DNA of 64,000 nt from Candidatus Marinacidobacterium sp. (lineage in GTDB: Bacteria > Acidobacteriota > Vicinamibacteria > Marinacidobacterales > Marinacidobacteraceae): contig OZ244852.1 in assembly GCA_965220965.1 (NCBI GenBank), positions 32,001 through 96,000 on the forward strand, given 5' to 3'. Made by a program: the position numbers and the translations under genes. This document shows, piece after piece, positions 1-12,246 of this stretch; the stretch's first letter is position 1; the number at the start of each line of letters is the position of its first letter. The notes beneath the pieces are model-generated. The model worked only from the letters and a program-made list of their open reading frames with translations. It was not told the DNA's origin and did not search any database.

Positions 1-1098
1 GGTGAGGACCACCCGGTCGCAGTGCGGGAGGAGCGGCGGCAGCATCGCCCCCACCTTCTTGTCCCGGCTCACCCCGAAGACCAGAACCCGCGTTCCGCGG
101 CGCGGCAGTTCGGCGAGGAAGGCGGCGAGCCCGGCGGCGCCGTTCGGGTTGTGGGCGGCGTCGAACAGCATGGGCGGCCGGTCGCTGCTGCCGGGAAGCC
201 ACTCGAGGCGTCCCGGCCAGCGGGTGTCGGCGACCCCCTGACGGACCTGCTCGGGAACCGGACCGGGGAGCCCGAGGCGGGCGAAGAGCCGCTCGGCGCC
301 GCGCACCGCGAGCGCGAGGTTGTCCACCTGGTGGCGGCCGGGAAGCGGCAGCCAGAGCGAGTCGTAGTCCCCCTGCGGCGTCCGGAGCCGGCCCCCCGAG
401 CCGGTGCGGTGCACCTCGAACTCGGCCGTCGTCTCTTCGGCCACCGAACGGAACCGGGCGCCCCGGGAACGGGCCTCCGCCTCGAGCACGCGGGCGGCCT
501 CGGGGGTCTGCCGGGCGGCGAGGAGCTCTCCCTCCGGACGGGCGACGCCCGCCTTCTCGGCGGCGATCGCCTCGACCGTGCGTCCCAGATAGCGCTCGTG
601 GTCGAGCGCGATGCGGGTCACCAGCGAGAGCGGGGCGTCGGTCGCGGTGGTCGCGTCCCAGCGCCCGCCCATCCCCACTTCGAAGACCGCGGCGTCCACC
701 CCGCGCCGGGCGAACGCGACGAAGGCCGAGGCGGTGATCGTCTCGAAGAAGGACGGCTGGAAGTCGGCGGGCAGCGCCTCGGCGGCGCCGGCGACTTCGC
801 CCACGAAACCGGCGAACTCGTCCTTCGCCAGCCGGCGCCCGTCCACCGTGATCCGCTCCTCGATGTCGACCAGGTGCGGCGAGGTGAAGCGGCCCACCGA
901 GAGGCCGTGAGCGCGGAGCACCGAGTCGAGGATCGCGGCGGTCGAACCCTTGCCGTTCGTTCCGGCCACGATGACCGACGGGAACTTCCGTTCGGGATGG
1001 CCGAGTTCGGCGGCCACCCGGCGGATGTTCCGGGTTCCCACCTTGACGTGGAACTGCTCGCGCCCCCGCAGGAAGGCGAGCGCCGACTCGTAGCGCAA
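1..1098 (-). CDS. folC: Bifunctional folylpolyglutamate synthase/dihydrofolate synthase (3' end runs off window)
   Basis: Manual minus-strand translation from TTG at 1098: LRYESALAFLRGREQFHVKVGTRNIRRVAAELGHPERKFPSVIVAGTNGKGST, then FTSPHL and LEVGMGGRWDAT motifs. Lies directly downstream of accD (common synteny). Absent from the ORF track because there is no stop in the window. Confidence 0.92.
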   Translation of the reverse strand, partial: MRYESALAFLRGREQFHVKVGTRNIRRVAAELGHPERKFPSVIVAGTNGKGSTAAILDSVLRAHGLSVGRFTSPHLVDIEERITVDGRRLAKDEFAGFVGEVAGAAEALPADFQPSFFETITASAFVAFARRGVDAAVFEVGMGGRWDATTATDAPLSLVTRIALDHERYLGRTVEAIAAEKAGVARPEGELLAARQTPEAARVLEAEARSRGARFRSVAEETTAEFEVHRTGSGGRLRTPQGDYDSLWLPLPGRHQVDNLALAVRGAERLFARLGLPGPVPEQVRQGVADTRWPGRLEWLPGSSDRPPMLFDAAHNPNGAAGLAAFLAELPRRGTRVLVFGVSRDKKVGAMLPPLLPHCDRVVLT

Positions 1099-1132
1099 CG
1101 GCTGGGGTGGAACGCGGGCCGGAGAGGCCGGT

Positions 1133-2062
1133 CTATCGATTCGAGCGGACGAGGACCCGTTCGCCGGCGGTTTCCTTCGCCGGTTCCGCCTTCGCGCTCC
1201 GCGTCGAAGCCTCCTCCGGGTCGTGGAAGAAGCGCAGCATCGCTCCGAGCACGCCGCGGAGGTCGCGTCGGTGGACCACCCGGTCGAGCATCCCGTGGCG
1301 GAGCAGGAATTCGGAGCGCTGGAACCCTTCGGGCAGCTCTCCCCGGATCGTCTGCCGGATCACCCGCGGACCGGCGAAGCCGATCAGGGCGCCCGGCTCG
1401 GCGAGGATGAGATCGCCGAGCATCGCGTAGCTGGCCGTCACCCCCCCGGTGGTCGGGTGGGTGAGCACCGAGAGGAACGGAAGCCCCTCGTCGTCGAGGT
1501 CGGCCAGCGCCGCCGAGATCTTGGCCATCTGCATGAGCGACAGCGCGCCCTCCTGCATCCGGGCGCCGCCCGAGCAGGAAACGATGATCAGCGGGATCCG
1601 TTCGTCGCGCGCCGTCTCGATCGCGCGGGTGATCTGCTCCCCGACCACGACCCCCATGCTGCCGCCGATGAAGGCGTATTCCATGGCGGCGACCACCACC
1701 GGCGTGCGCTCGATCCGGGTGCGCGCCACCAGGATCGCGTCGTCGAGCCCGGTCTTTTCCGCCGCTCGCCGCAGCCGCTCGTAGTAGTCCACCCGGTCCC
1801 GGAACCGGAGCGGGTCATTCGACCGGATCCCCCCGGAGATCTGCTCGAACTCTCCGTCGTCGGCGAGCATCCGGATCCGGTCCCGCGCCGAAATCCCCAT
1901 GTGGTGGTCGCACCGCGGGCAGACATCCAGGTTGGCGCGGAGCGCCCGTCCGTACACGATCTCGGTGCAGCCGTTGCAGCGGATGAACAGCCCGCGCGGG
2001 ACCTGGGGTCCCGGGCGTTCCGCGGAGGACGGGGCCGAAGCGGCGGACGGCGATGACGGCAT
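1133..2062 (-). CDS. accD: Acetyl-CoA carboxylase carboxyltransferase beta subunit
   Basis: C4 zinc ribbon (CNGC...CPRC), GGSMGVVVGE, SGGARMQEG, PTTGGVTASYA, IGFAGPRVI motifs. Confidence 0.96.
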   Translation of the reverse strand: MPSSPSAASAPSSAERPGPQVPRGLFIRCNGCTEIVYGRALRANLDVCPRCDHHMGISARDRIRMLADDGEFEQISGGIRSNDPLRFRDRVDYYERLRRAAEKTGLDDAILVARTRIERTPVVVAAMEYAFIGGSMGVVVGEQITRAIETARDERIPLIIVSCSGGARMQEGALSLMQMAKISAALADLDDEGLPFLSVLTHPTTGGVTASYAMLGDLILAEPGALIGFAGPRVIRQTIRGELPEGFQRSEFLLRHGMLDRVVHRRDLRGVLGAMLRFFHDPEEASTRSAKAEPAKETAGERVLVRSNR

Positions 2063-2250
2063 GAAGGTCAGGCATCGTAACAGAGCGCGGGGCTCCCGGA
2101 GCGGGGGCGTTCCTGTCGCCCGCAGCCCGCCGATGGGGGCTACCAGCGGTGGCCTTCGACCTGAGGCGCCCGGACTGGCCGGGCCCCCGGTTTCGCGGCG
2201 TCCCTCGGGCTCTCGGCCATAAGATGGCGCCCCGAGGAGGCCCTGGACCC

Positions 2251-4038
2251 ATGGAAGCCCAGACCCTGAACCAGCTTCTCGCCGCGGCGTGCGCCCGGCA
2301 CGACAAGCCGGATGCGCTGATGCACAAGGCCGACGGCGAGTGGAAGAACGTCTCTTCCGCCGAGTGGCTCGACGCCGCCCGCGACGTGGCGATGGGGCTC
2401 GCTTCCTTCGGCGTGAAGAAGGGAGACCGGGTCGTCCTGCTCTCCGAGAACCGTCTCGAGTGGTTCTTCGTGGAGGCCGGGCTCCAGATCCTCGGCGCGG
2501 TGACCGTGCCGATCTACCCGAGCCTCACCGCCTCCCAGGCGGCCTACATCATCTCGAACTCGGGGGCGCGGGTCGTCGTGGTCTCGACGGAGGAGCAGCA
2601 GGCCAAGATCGCCGAAGTCCGCGGCGACCTGAAGGACGTCGAGGCCGTCTACGCGCTCGACGCTCCGGTTGCGGAGCACGGCGCCGAGTCCTGGTCGGCG
2701 GTGACGGACGCCGGCAAGCGGGCCCGGGAGGCCGATCCGGGCGGGGCGGAGAAGCTCGCGGCGGCGGTCGAGGGCGACGACCTGGCCACGATCATCTACA
2801 CCTCGGGGACGACCGGGGACCCCAAAGGGGTGATGCTCACCCAGTCGAACCTGGTCCAGAACACGCTGGTCTCCAGCCGGATGATCGCGCTCAACGCCGA
2901 CGACCGCGCGATCTCGGTGCTGCCCTACGCGCACGTGTTCGCGCGGATGGTGGCCCAGTATCTGTATCCGCACATCGGGGTCACGATTGCGATCGCCGAG
3001 AGCATGGACAACCTGGTGGCCAACATCGGGGAGGTCCAGCCCACGGTCATGGCCTGCGTGCCGCGCTTCTACGAGAAGATGCGGGACCGGGTCATGGAGT
3101 CGGCGGCCGCCGGCAGCCCGATCAAGCAGAAGATCTTCAACTGGGCCTTCCGGGTGGGCGGCGAGATGGGCCGCCACCGCCAGGAGGGGACCGAGCCCCC
3201 GGGCGGGCTGAAGTTCCGTTACCGGCTGGCCACCAAGCTGGTCTTCAGCAAGCTCCACGCGCGCCTCGGAGGGCGCATGCGGCTGTTCGTTTCCGGGGGG
3301 GCGGCGCTCCCCCGCGACGTGGCCGAGTTCTTCCTCGCCGCCGGCTGGCTGGTGATCGAGGGCTACGGCCTCACCGAAACCTCGCCGGTCATTTCCGTGA
3401 ACCGGCTGGACCGCTTCCGCTTCGGCACCGTGGGTCCGGTCATCGACGGAGTCGAGGTGCGGATCGCCGAGGACGGCGAGATCCTCTGCCGCGGCCACAA
3501 CGTGATGAAGGGCTACTACAACAACGACGCCGCCACCGCCGAGGCGATCCGGGACGGCTGGTTCCACACCGGCGACATCGGGGAGTTCGACGCGGACGGC
3601 TTCCTGCGGATCACCGACCGGAAGAAGGACCTGCTGGTGACCGCCGGCGGCAAGAACGTGGCCCCGCAGCCGATCGAAGGCCGGCTCAAGTCCAGCCCGG
3701 TGATCGCCGAAATCGTCATGGTCGGCGACGCGAAGCCCTACCTCTCCGCGCTGGTGATCCCGGACTTCGAGACCCTGAAGCCCTGGTGCGAGGCGAACGG
3801 CCTGGCGGCCGACAGCCACGAGACGATGACGGGCCACGACCAGGTGCGCGAGCACATGATGGCCGAGATCAATCGGCTCAGCGAGGGGCTCGCCTCGTTC
3901 GAGCAGATCAAGAAGATCGCGGTCGTCGCCGCCGTCTTCTCCATCGAGGGGGGTGAGCTGACGCCAACGCTCAAGGTGAAGCGCCAGGTCATCGCGAAGC
4001 GCTACGCGGACCTGATCGAGTCGCTCTACGCCGCCTGA
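2251..4038 (+). CDS. Long-chain fatty acid-CoA ligase (AMP-dependent synthetase, FadD-like)
   Basis: IIYTSGTTGDPKG, EGYGLTETSP, GWFHTGDIG, RITDRKKD, LTPTLKVKR motifs. ATG 2251 follows a GAGGAGG RBS. Confidence 0.92.
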   Translation: MEAQTLNQLLAAACARHDKPDALMHKADGEWKNVSSAEWLDAARDVAMGLASFGVKKGDRVVLLSENRLEWFFVEAGLQILGAVTVPIYPSLTASQAAYIISNSGARVVVVSTEEQQAKIAEVRGDLKDVEAVYALDAPVAEHGAESWSAVTDAGKRAREADPGGAEKLAAAVEGDDLATIIYTSGTTGDPKGVMLTQSNLVQNTLVSSRMIALNADDRAISVLPYAHVFARMVAQYLYPHIGVTIAIAESMDNLVANIGEVQPTVMACVPRFYEKMRDRVMESAAAGSPIKQKIFNWAFRVGGEMGRHRQEGTEPPGGLKFRYRLATKLVFSKLHARLGGRMRLFVSGGAALPRDVAEFFLAAGWLVIEGYGLTETSPVISVNRLDRFRFGTVGPVIDGVEVRIAEDGEILCRGHNVMKGYYNNDAATAEAIRDGWFHTGDIGEFDADGFLRITDRKKDLLVTAGGKNVAPQPIEGRLKSSPVIAEIVMVGDAKPYLSALVIPDFETLKPWCEANGLAADSHETMTGHDQVREHMMAEINRLSEGLASFEQIKKIAVVAAVFSIEGGELTPTLKVKRQVIAKRYADLIESLYAA

Positions 4039-4126
4039 GTCGCCGGAAGTCGCCCGGGTCGCATCCCGGAGCCGTTGAGCGGCTCCGGGGGCTGCGGCGC
4101 GCCAAGCTTCCCCGTCGTTCCTCGCC

Positions 4127-5593
4127 ATGACGGACTTCGAGACAGTCATCGGGCTCGAGGTCCACGTGCAGCTCGCCACCCGGACGAAGCTCTTCTGCCC
4201 CTGCCCGAACGAGTTCGGGGCGCTCCCGAACACCCACGTCTGTCCGGTCTGCTACGCCCTCCCCGGCGCGCTGCCGGTTCCGAACCTCCGCGCCGTCGAG
4301 CTCGCGGTCGTCGCCTCGCTCACGCTCGGGTGCGAGGTTCAGCCCGAGTCGGTCTTCGAGCGGAAGAACTACTTCTACCCCGACCTCCCCAAGGGCTACC
4401 AGATCACCCAGTACGAGCGGCCCCTCGCCCGCGCCGGCGCCGTCACGATCCAGGTGGGGGACGGCCCCTCGCGGACGGTGCGCATCCACCGCATCCAGCT
4501 CGAGGAGGACGCGGGGAAGCTGGTCCACGACGGCTTCCGCGGCGACGAACGGGGCAGCGGGGTGGACTTCAACCGCGCCGGCGTCCCGCTCATCGAGATC
4601 GTGAGCGAACCCGACATGCGCTCGGCCGCCGAGGCGGCGGAGTACGCCCGCACCCTGCGGCGGCGGATCGTGGATGCCGGGGTCTCCGACGCCGACATGG
4701 AGAAGGGGAACCTGCGCATGGACGGGAACATCTCGGTGCGGCCCCGCGGTGACGACGCCCTCGGCGTGAAGGTCGAGCTGAAGAACCTGAACTCGTTCCG
4801 CTTTCTGGAGCGCGCGCTCGCCTACGAGGAGACCCGCCAGCGGGAAGTGCTCCGCTCCGGGGGCGAGCTCGTCCAGGAGACCCGGCTCTTCGACGAGAGC
4901 CAGGGCGTCAGCTTCCCGATGCGCAGCAAGGAAGAGGCGGCGGACTATCGCTACTTCCCGGACCCCGATCTGCCCCCGCTGCGACTCCCGCCCGGGATGG
5001 TGGAGGCGGCCCGCGCCGCGCTCCCGGAGTTCGCCGAGGACCGCGCCGCGCGCTTCCGGAGCGAGCTGGGGCTGCCCGCGGCCCAGGCGGAGACGATCGC
5101 CGCCCGCCGCGACCTCGCCGACTACTTCGAGGCGGTGGTTGCGGCCGCGTCGGCCGAGACCGGCGGCGGGGACGTCGCGCCGGTTGCGGCCGCGTTCCTC
5201 ACGACCGACGTCCTGTCCCGGGAGAAACAGGACGGCTCGCTCCGGGCGCCGGCCCGTCTGCTGGGCGCGCTCGTGGGGCGTCTGGCGGACGGACGCCTTC
5301 CCAGGAACGCCGCCCGCGAGGTGTTCGGCGCGCTCGCCGACCGCGGCGAGGAGGCCCCTGGGCTCGACGAGCTGATCGCCGAACTGGGTTTCGGCGACCT
5401 GGCGTCGGAGGATCGGCTCGCCGAGGCCGCCGCGCGCGTCGTCGCCGCGCATCCCGAAGAAGCCGAGGCGTACCGGGGCGGCAAGACGAAGGTCATCGGG
5501 TTCTTCGTGGGTCGGCTCCTTCGCGATCTCGGGGGGAAGGCCGACGCCCGGGCCGCCCGCGCCGCGCTCGAGCGCGCGCTGGGGAACCGCTGA
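4127..5593 (+). CDS. gatB: Asp-tRNA(Asn)/Glu-tRNA(Gln) amidotransferase subunit B
   Basis: IGLEVHVQL, RKNYFYPDLPKGYQITQ, EEDAGK, DFNRAGVPLIEIVSEPD, KNLNSF, DYRYFPDPDLPP. Confidence 0.97.
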   Translation: MTDFETVIGLEVHVQLATRTKLFCPCPNEFGALPNTHVCPVCYALPGALPVPNLRAVELAVVASLTLGCEVQPESVFERKNYFYPDLPKGYQITQYERPLARAGAVTIQVGDGPSRTVRIHRIQLEEDAGKLVHDGFRGDERGSGVDFNRAGVPLIEIVSEPDMRSAAEAAEYARTLRRRIVDAGVSDADMEKGNLRMDGNISVRPRGDDALGVKVELKNLNSFRFLERALAYEETRQREVLRSGGELVQETRLFDESQGVSFPMRSKEEAADYRYFPDPDLPPLRLPPGMVEAARAALPEFAEDRAARFRSELGLPAAQAETIAARRDLADYFEAVVAAASAETGGGDVAPVAAAFLTTDVLSREKQDGSLRAPARLLGALVGRLADGRLPRNAAREVFGALADRGEEAPGLDELIAELGFGDLASEDRLAEAAARVVAAHPEEAEAYRGGKTKVIGFFVGRLLRDLGGKADARAARAALERALGNR

Positions 5594-6291
5594 GCAGGCC
5601 GCCGGGCGGGCCCGCGCTCCTCGTCGCCATCGCCGGCGCGAGCTGCGCCGGCAAGACGCGCTTCGCTGAGAGCCTCGCCCGGAGGCTTCGGCCGAAGCGG
5701 GCGGTCGTGCTGTCGCTCGACGACCACTACCGGGACACCTCGCACCTGTCGCGCTCCGAGCGCGCGGTGGTGAACTACGACGAGCCGGCGGCGTTCCAGT
5801 TGGACGCCTTCGTCGATCGGCTCGCGGCGCTTCGCCGGGGTGAGGCGATTGCCCGGTTCCACTACGACTTCTCGACCGGCGCGGTGCGGACCGAGGGGAC
5901 GCTCGGTCCGGCGGAGGTGGTGATCGCCGAGGGTCTCTTCGCGCTCTGGGACCCGAGGATCGGCGCGGCCGCGGATCTGCGCATCCTCCTCGAGGGGGAC
6001 GCCGAGCGGCTGCTCGAGCGGCGGATCCGGCGCGACGGCGCCGAGCGCGCCTACACCGCAGAGGAGGTCCGGGTTCGCTTCGAGACTGCGGTGCTTCCCT
6101 CGCAGCGGCGCTACCTAGACGGGGCCGCCCGGAGCGCCGATCTGGTGCTTCCGATGGACTGGGACGCGGACTACGTGGCGCTCGCCGCCCGCGCTCTCTC
6201 GAGGCGCGGCCCGGGAAGGGATACTTCCGGCGCCATCGCGCCCCCTCCCGGCGCGGATCTTCCGGCCGGCCCCGGAAAGGAACTTTCGTGA
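5590..6291 (+). CDS. udk: Uridine kinase family protein (probable CTG start)
   Basis: The P-loop IAGASCAGKT lies upstream of the first GTG (5707). LSLDDHYRD, NYDEPAAF, EGLFAL, RRIRRD..ER and ADLV motifs are present. The in-frame CTG at 5590 overlaps the gatB TGA. Confidence 0.82.
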   Translation: MSRPPGGPALLVAIAGASCAGKTRFAESLARRLRPKRAVVLSLDDHYRDTSHLSRSERAVVNYDEPAAFQLDAFVDRLAALRRGEAIARFHYDFSTGAVRTEGTLGPAEVVIAEGLFALWDPRIGAAADLRILLEGDAERLLERRIRRDGAERAYTAEEVRVRFETAVLPSQRRYLDGAARSADLVLPMDWDADYVALAARALSRRGPGRDTSGAIAPPPGADLPAGPGKELS

Positions 6292-7124
6292 GCGCCCCCC
6301 TCCTCCGCATCGGGCACAGCCCCGACCCCGACGACGCCTTCATGTTCTGCGCCCTCGCCCACGGCGCGGTGCGGATCCGCGACTACCAGGTCGAGCACGT
6401 GCTCGAGGACATCGAGAGCCTGAACCAGCGGGCGATGCGGGGCGAGCTCCCGGTCACCGCGATCTCCGCCCACGCCTACCTCTCGGTGGCCGACCGCTAC
6501 TGGATCATGGCCTCGGGAGCGAGCATGGGCGAGAACTACGGCCCGGTGGTCGTGAGCCGGAGCCCGGGAACCCTCGAGGATCTCCGCGGTCGGCGGGTCG
6601 CGATCCCCGGCCCGCGAACGACGGCGGCGCTGCTGGCGCGCTGTTACATCGGCGACTTCGAGCCGGTGCTCGTTCCCTTCGACCAGATCTTCGACGCGGT
6701 GGACGAGGGGAGCGCCGACGCCGGCGTCGTGATCCACGAGGGGCAGCTCACCTACGGCCAGCGGGGCTACCACCTGCTGTCCGACTTCGGAGTGCGCTGG
6801 GAGCAGGAGTGCGGGCTGCCGCTGCCGCTCGGGCTCGATGTGGTGCGGAAGGACCTCGGGATGGAGCTCGCGCTCGAAATGAACCGCGCCATGCGCGACA
6901 GCATCGACTGGGCCTACGCCAACGAGGACGAAGCGCTCGACTACGCCCTCCAGTTCGGGCGCGGGCTCGAGCGCGAACTTGGCCGGCGCTTCGTGAAGAT
7001 GTACGTCTCGGCGCTCACCCGCGACATGGGCGACTCGGGGGAGGCCGCGCTGCGGCGTCTCTTCTCGATGGCGGCGGAAGCGGGCGTCGTGGACGAGGCC
7101 CCCGACTTCACGCTGATCCGGTAG
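6288..7124 (+). CDS. mqnD: 1,4-dihydroxy-6-naphthoate synthase (futalosine menaquinone pathway, MqnA/MqnD family)
   Basis: HSPDPDDAFMF, DIESLN, YGPVVVS, IHEGQLTY, LPLPLG motifs. Confidence 0.9.
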   Translation: MSAPLLRIGHSPDPDDAFMFCALAHGAVRIRDYQVEHVLEDIESLNQRAMRGELPVTAISAHAYLSVADRYWIMASGASMGENYGPVVVSRSPGTLEDLRGRRVAIPGPRTTAALLARCYIGDFEPVLVPFDQIFDAVDEGSADAGVVIHEGQLTYGQRGYHLLSDFGVRWEQECGLPLPLGLDVVRKDLGMELALEMNRAMRDSIDWAYANEDEALDYALQFGRGLERELGRRFVKMYVSALTRDMGDSGEAALRRLFSMAAEAGVVDEAPDFTLIR

Positions 7125-7175
7125 CCCCGCGAGGGGGTCCCCGCTGCGGCGCCGCGGGTAGGATTCGGGGAGGCC

Positions 7176-7982
7176 ATGCTCCTCGTCTTCGATGTAGGGA
7201 ATACGAAGACGGCCCTGGGCCTGCACGACGGGGAGAACTGGGTCCGCGACTGGCGGGTTGCGACCCGTCCGGGCCAGTTGCCGGACGAGCTGGCGGTCCA
7301 GCTCGACGGTCTGCTGCGCTTTGCGGAGATCCCCCGCGAATCGGTCCGCCGGCTGGCGGCGGCCTCTGTCGTCCCGGCGGTCACCGGAACGCTCCGCGCG
7401 CTGGCGGAACGCCATTTCGGGGGGCCCCTCTTCGTCCTGGACCACAAGACGGCGCACGGGATCCGGCTCGCGGTGGACACCCCCGAAGAGACCGGGCCGG
7501 ACCGGATCGCGAACACGATCGCGGTCCATCACCACTACGGGGTCGACGCCATCGTGCTCGACGCCGGGACGGCGCTGACCTTCGACGTGATTTCGGGGGA
7601 CGGCGAGTATCGCGGCGGCGCGATCGCCCCCGGACTCGGGATCTCGGCGGAGGCGCTCGTCCGCCGGACGGCGCGTCTTCCCCGGGTCGAGCTCAAGCTT
7701 CCGCGGAAAGTCGTAGGGACCCACACCGTCGCCGCGCTCCAGTCGGGGCTGGTTCACGGCTGGACCGGGATGGTCCGGGAGATGGTCCGCCTGCTGCGCG
7801 ACGAGATCGGGGGGAACCCGCTCGTGATCGCGACCGGCGGGACCGCCCGTCAGGTGGCGGCCTGGACCGGGGTGGTGGACCGGGTGGACGAGCGGCTCAC
7901 CCTCGAGGGGGTGCGCCTCGCCTGGTCGCGGAGCGCCGCGGGGGAGGTCGTCGCTCCCCCGGCGGCGCGTTCCGTCAACTGA
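7176..7982 (+). CDS. coaX: Type III pantothenate kinase
   Basis: DVGNTKT, SVVP, GPDR, LDAGTALTFD, GGAIAPG, IATGG, LTLEG motifs. RBS GGAGG. Confidence 0.95.
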   Translation: MLLVFDVGNTKTALGLHDGENWVRDWRVATRPGQLPDELAVQLDGLLRFAEIPRESVRRLAAASVVPAVTGTLRALAERHFGGPLFVLDHKTAHGIRLAVDTPEETGPDRIANTIAVHHHYGVDAIVLDAGTALTFDVISGDGEYRGGAIAPGLGISAEALVRRTARLPRVELKLPRKVVGTHTVAALQSGLVHGWTGMVREMVRLLRDEIGGNPLVIATGGTARQVAAWTGVVDRVDERLTLEGVRLAWSRSAAGEVVAPPAARSVN

Positions 7983-8790
7983 CCCGCACTCCGGCCAGCT
8001 TCCCGGCGTGGCCGATCGCGCTTCCGAAGGTCGCGAACTGCCAGAACATGCCGGGCAGGATGCCGATCACACAGAGGACGAGCGAGAACTCGGCGACGAT
8101 CGAGACGAAGATCAGGGTGAGCAGCAGCAGGACGTAGTTCCCGACGTGCTGCCGGATCCGGCCGAGGCTGTCCCCGAAGGCGAACCCCGACGCCAGCGAC
8201 CCGGTCGCAGCCAGGTTCGTCAGGCTGGCGGGCAGGACGGCCTTCACCAGCAGCGCCAGCAGGATGAGGAGCAGGATCGCGGAGAGCGCGATCAAGCCGC
8301 CGATCATCATGAGGCCCGGCGCGTCGTCGTGCTCGCCGATCCCGATCAGGAAGCCGCCGAAGAGGAACGGGATGAGCCCCGCCATGACCGCGACCGCGCC
8401 GTGGACCAGCACGATGACGGTGGCCTTCAGGCCGTCGACCAGGAGTCCGCCGAAGTCGCCCGCCCAGTCGGGCATCGGGTGCTCGTCGCCGCGCAGGACG
8501 CCGCGGGCGGTGTGGATCCCGTAGCCCATGAGGGCGAACAGCCCCAGTCCGAAGAACGGGATGAACAGGACCGCGATGGACCCGAGCACGAACTTGTTCA
8601 GGGCCTGCGGATCCCGGAACGGGAGCGCGAGCACGCCCGAGAAGTCGAAGCGCCCGGGGTCCGGTCCGGATCCGGCCGGGGGTGGAGGTGGAGGGGGCGG
8701 CGCGCCGCCTGCGCCGGCAGCGTCGCCGCCGGTCAGGGCGGGGGTCGAACCGGCGTCGGCCGCGCGCTCGGAAGCGTTCGATTCATCCAT
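7975..8790 (-). CDS. Integral membrane protein (DUF4013-like)
   Basis: PF.D..A..KF..G motif, GY...ARGVLRG...MPDW, DGLK, several TM segments; Pro-rich N-terminus. Confidence 0.7.
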   Translation of the reverse strand: MDESNASERAADAGSTPALTGGDAAGAGGAPPPPPPPPAGSGPDPGRFDFSGVLALPFRDPQALNKFVLGSIAVLFIPFFGLGLFALMGYGIHTARGVLRGDEHPMPDWAGDFGGLLVDGLKATVIVLVHGAVAVMAGLIPFLFGGFLIGIGEHDDAPGLMMIGGLIALSAILLLILLALLVKAVLPASLTNLAATGSLASGFAFGDSLGRIRQHVGNYVLLLLTLIFVSIVAEFSLVLCVIGILPGMFWQFATFGSAIGHAGKLAGVRVS

Positions 8791-8845
8791 GTCTTGAGGT
8801 CCTTCCGGGGTCTCCGCCCCGCTATTCTTGCTACCACTAACGCAA

Positions 8846-11539
<2,694 letters not shown>

Positions 11540-11554
11540 ACCACGGGGGCGGTT

Positions 11555-12100
11555 TTGTCCACCGGCGCGCACTTTCGCCCCTGGATCGGGGAGCGATATC
11601 GCGTGGCGTCGGGGTTTGGGGTTCGTGTCCTCGTGGTGGGGGAGTCGCACTACGGCACGAAGGGGCAGGGAACAGACCGCGATTTCACTCACAGTTTGGT
11701 GTCAGGAATCGTCGACGGCGCCAAGCCGCCTGTCTTCTTCACGAAGGCGTCCAAGGTGCTGACGCTGGATGACGTTGGGAGCGCCCAGGTTTGGCGCGAC
11801 GTCGCGTTCTGCAACTACTTGCAGGTCTTTAAGGAGGCAAACCCACGGGGTACAGCGCCCCAGGAGGCTTGGGCCGCCAGCCGGTCGGCTCTGGACTGGA
11901 CCGTCGCGCAGCTAGATCCTCAGGTCATTCTGGTGCTGAGCAACCGAGTCGGCCACTACCTAGGGTTCAAGCCACTTCGAGGCCAGCCAACGGCCTTCTG
12001 CCACCATCCGAGCTCCAGCGGGCAGACTCGAGCGGCAAGGCAGGAGGAATTCCGCGTCGCGCTTGGGGATGCGGGCGGCGCCCCGTGGTCGCGTCCGTGA
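11555..12100 (+). CDS. Uracil-DNA glycosylase-superfamily-like protein
   Basis: FRPWIG..Y, VLVVGESHYG (motif A-like), VAFCNYLQ, P.VILVLS, HHPS (motif B-like). Visibly more A/T-ending codons than neighbouring genes. Confidence 0.6.
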   Translation: MSTGAHFRPWIGERYRVASGFGVRVLVVGESHYGTKGQGTDRDFTHSLVSGIVDGAKPPVFFTKASKVLTLDDVGSAQVWRDVAFCNYLQVFKEANPRGTAPQEAWAASRSALDWTVAQLDPQVILVLSNRVGHYLGFKPLRGQPTAFCHHPSSSGQTRAARQEEFRVALGDAGGAPWSRP

Positions 12101-12246
12101 GGCGCGGCCCCTCGGCATTGCCGGTTGTCGTCGGATAGCGACAACGGCGGCCGGATTCGGCGAGGGAAAGGACTCGCCCGGAGCAGCCTGCGCCCTAACC
12201 GACCAGGACTGGGGACGGGGAGAACAGGGGATTGACCCGCCGGGGC

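Noticed and set aside
22-1410. 462-aa plus-strand ORF at the window start
   Set aside because: Antisense shadow of folC and accD, whose motifs are clear on the minus strand.
6288-7124. Isolated mqnD as a sign of a novel pathway
   Set aside because: Futalosine pathway genes are commonly scattered, so its place in a housekeeping operon is unremarkable.
12101-12246. Hairpins between the UDG-like gene and the Fpg fusion (GTTGTCG/CGACAAC; GGCGAG/CTCGCC)
   Set aside because: Short stems between convergent genes without U-tracts or further copies; probably termination or stability elements, with too little support for an ncRNA call.
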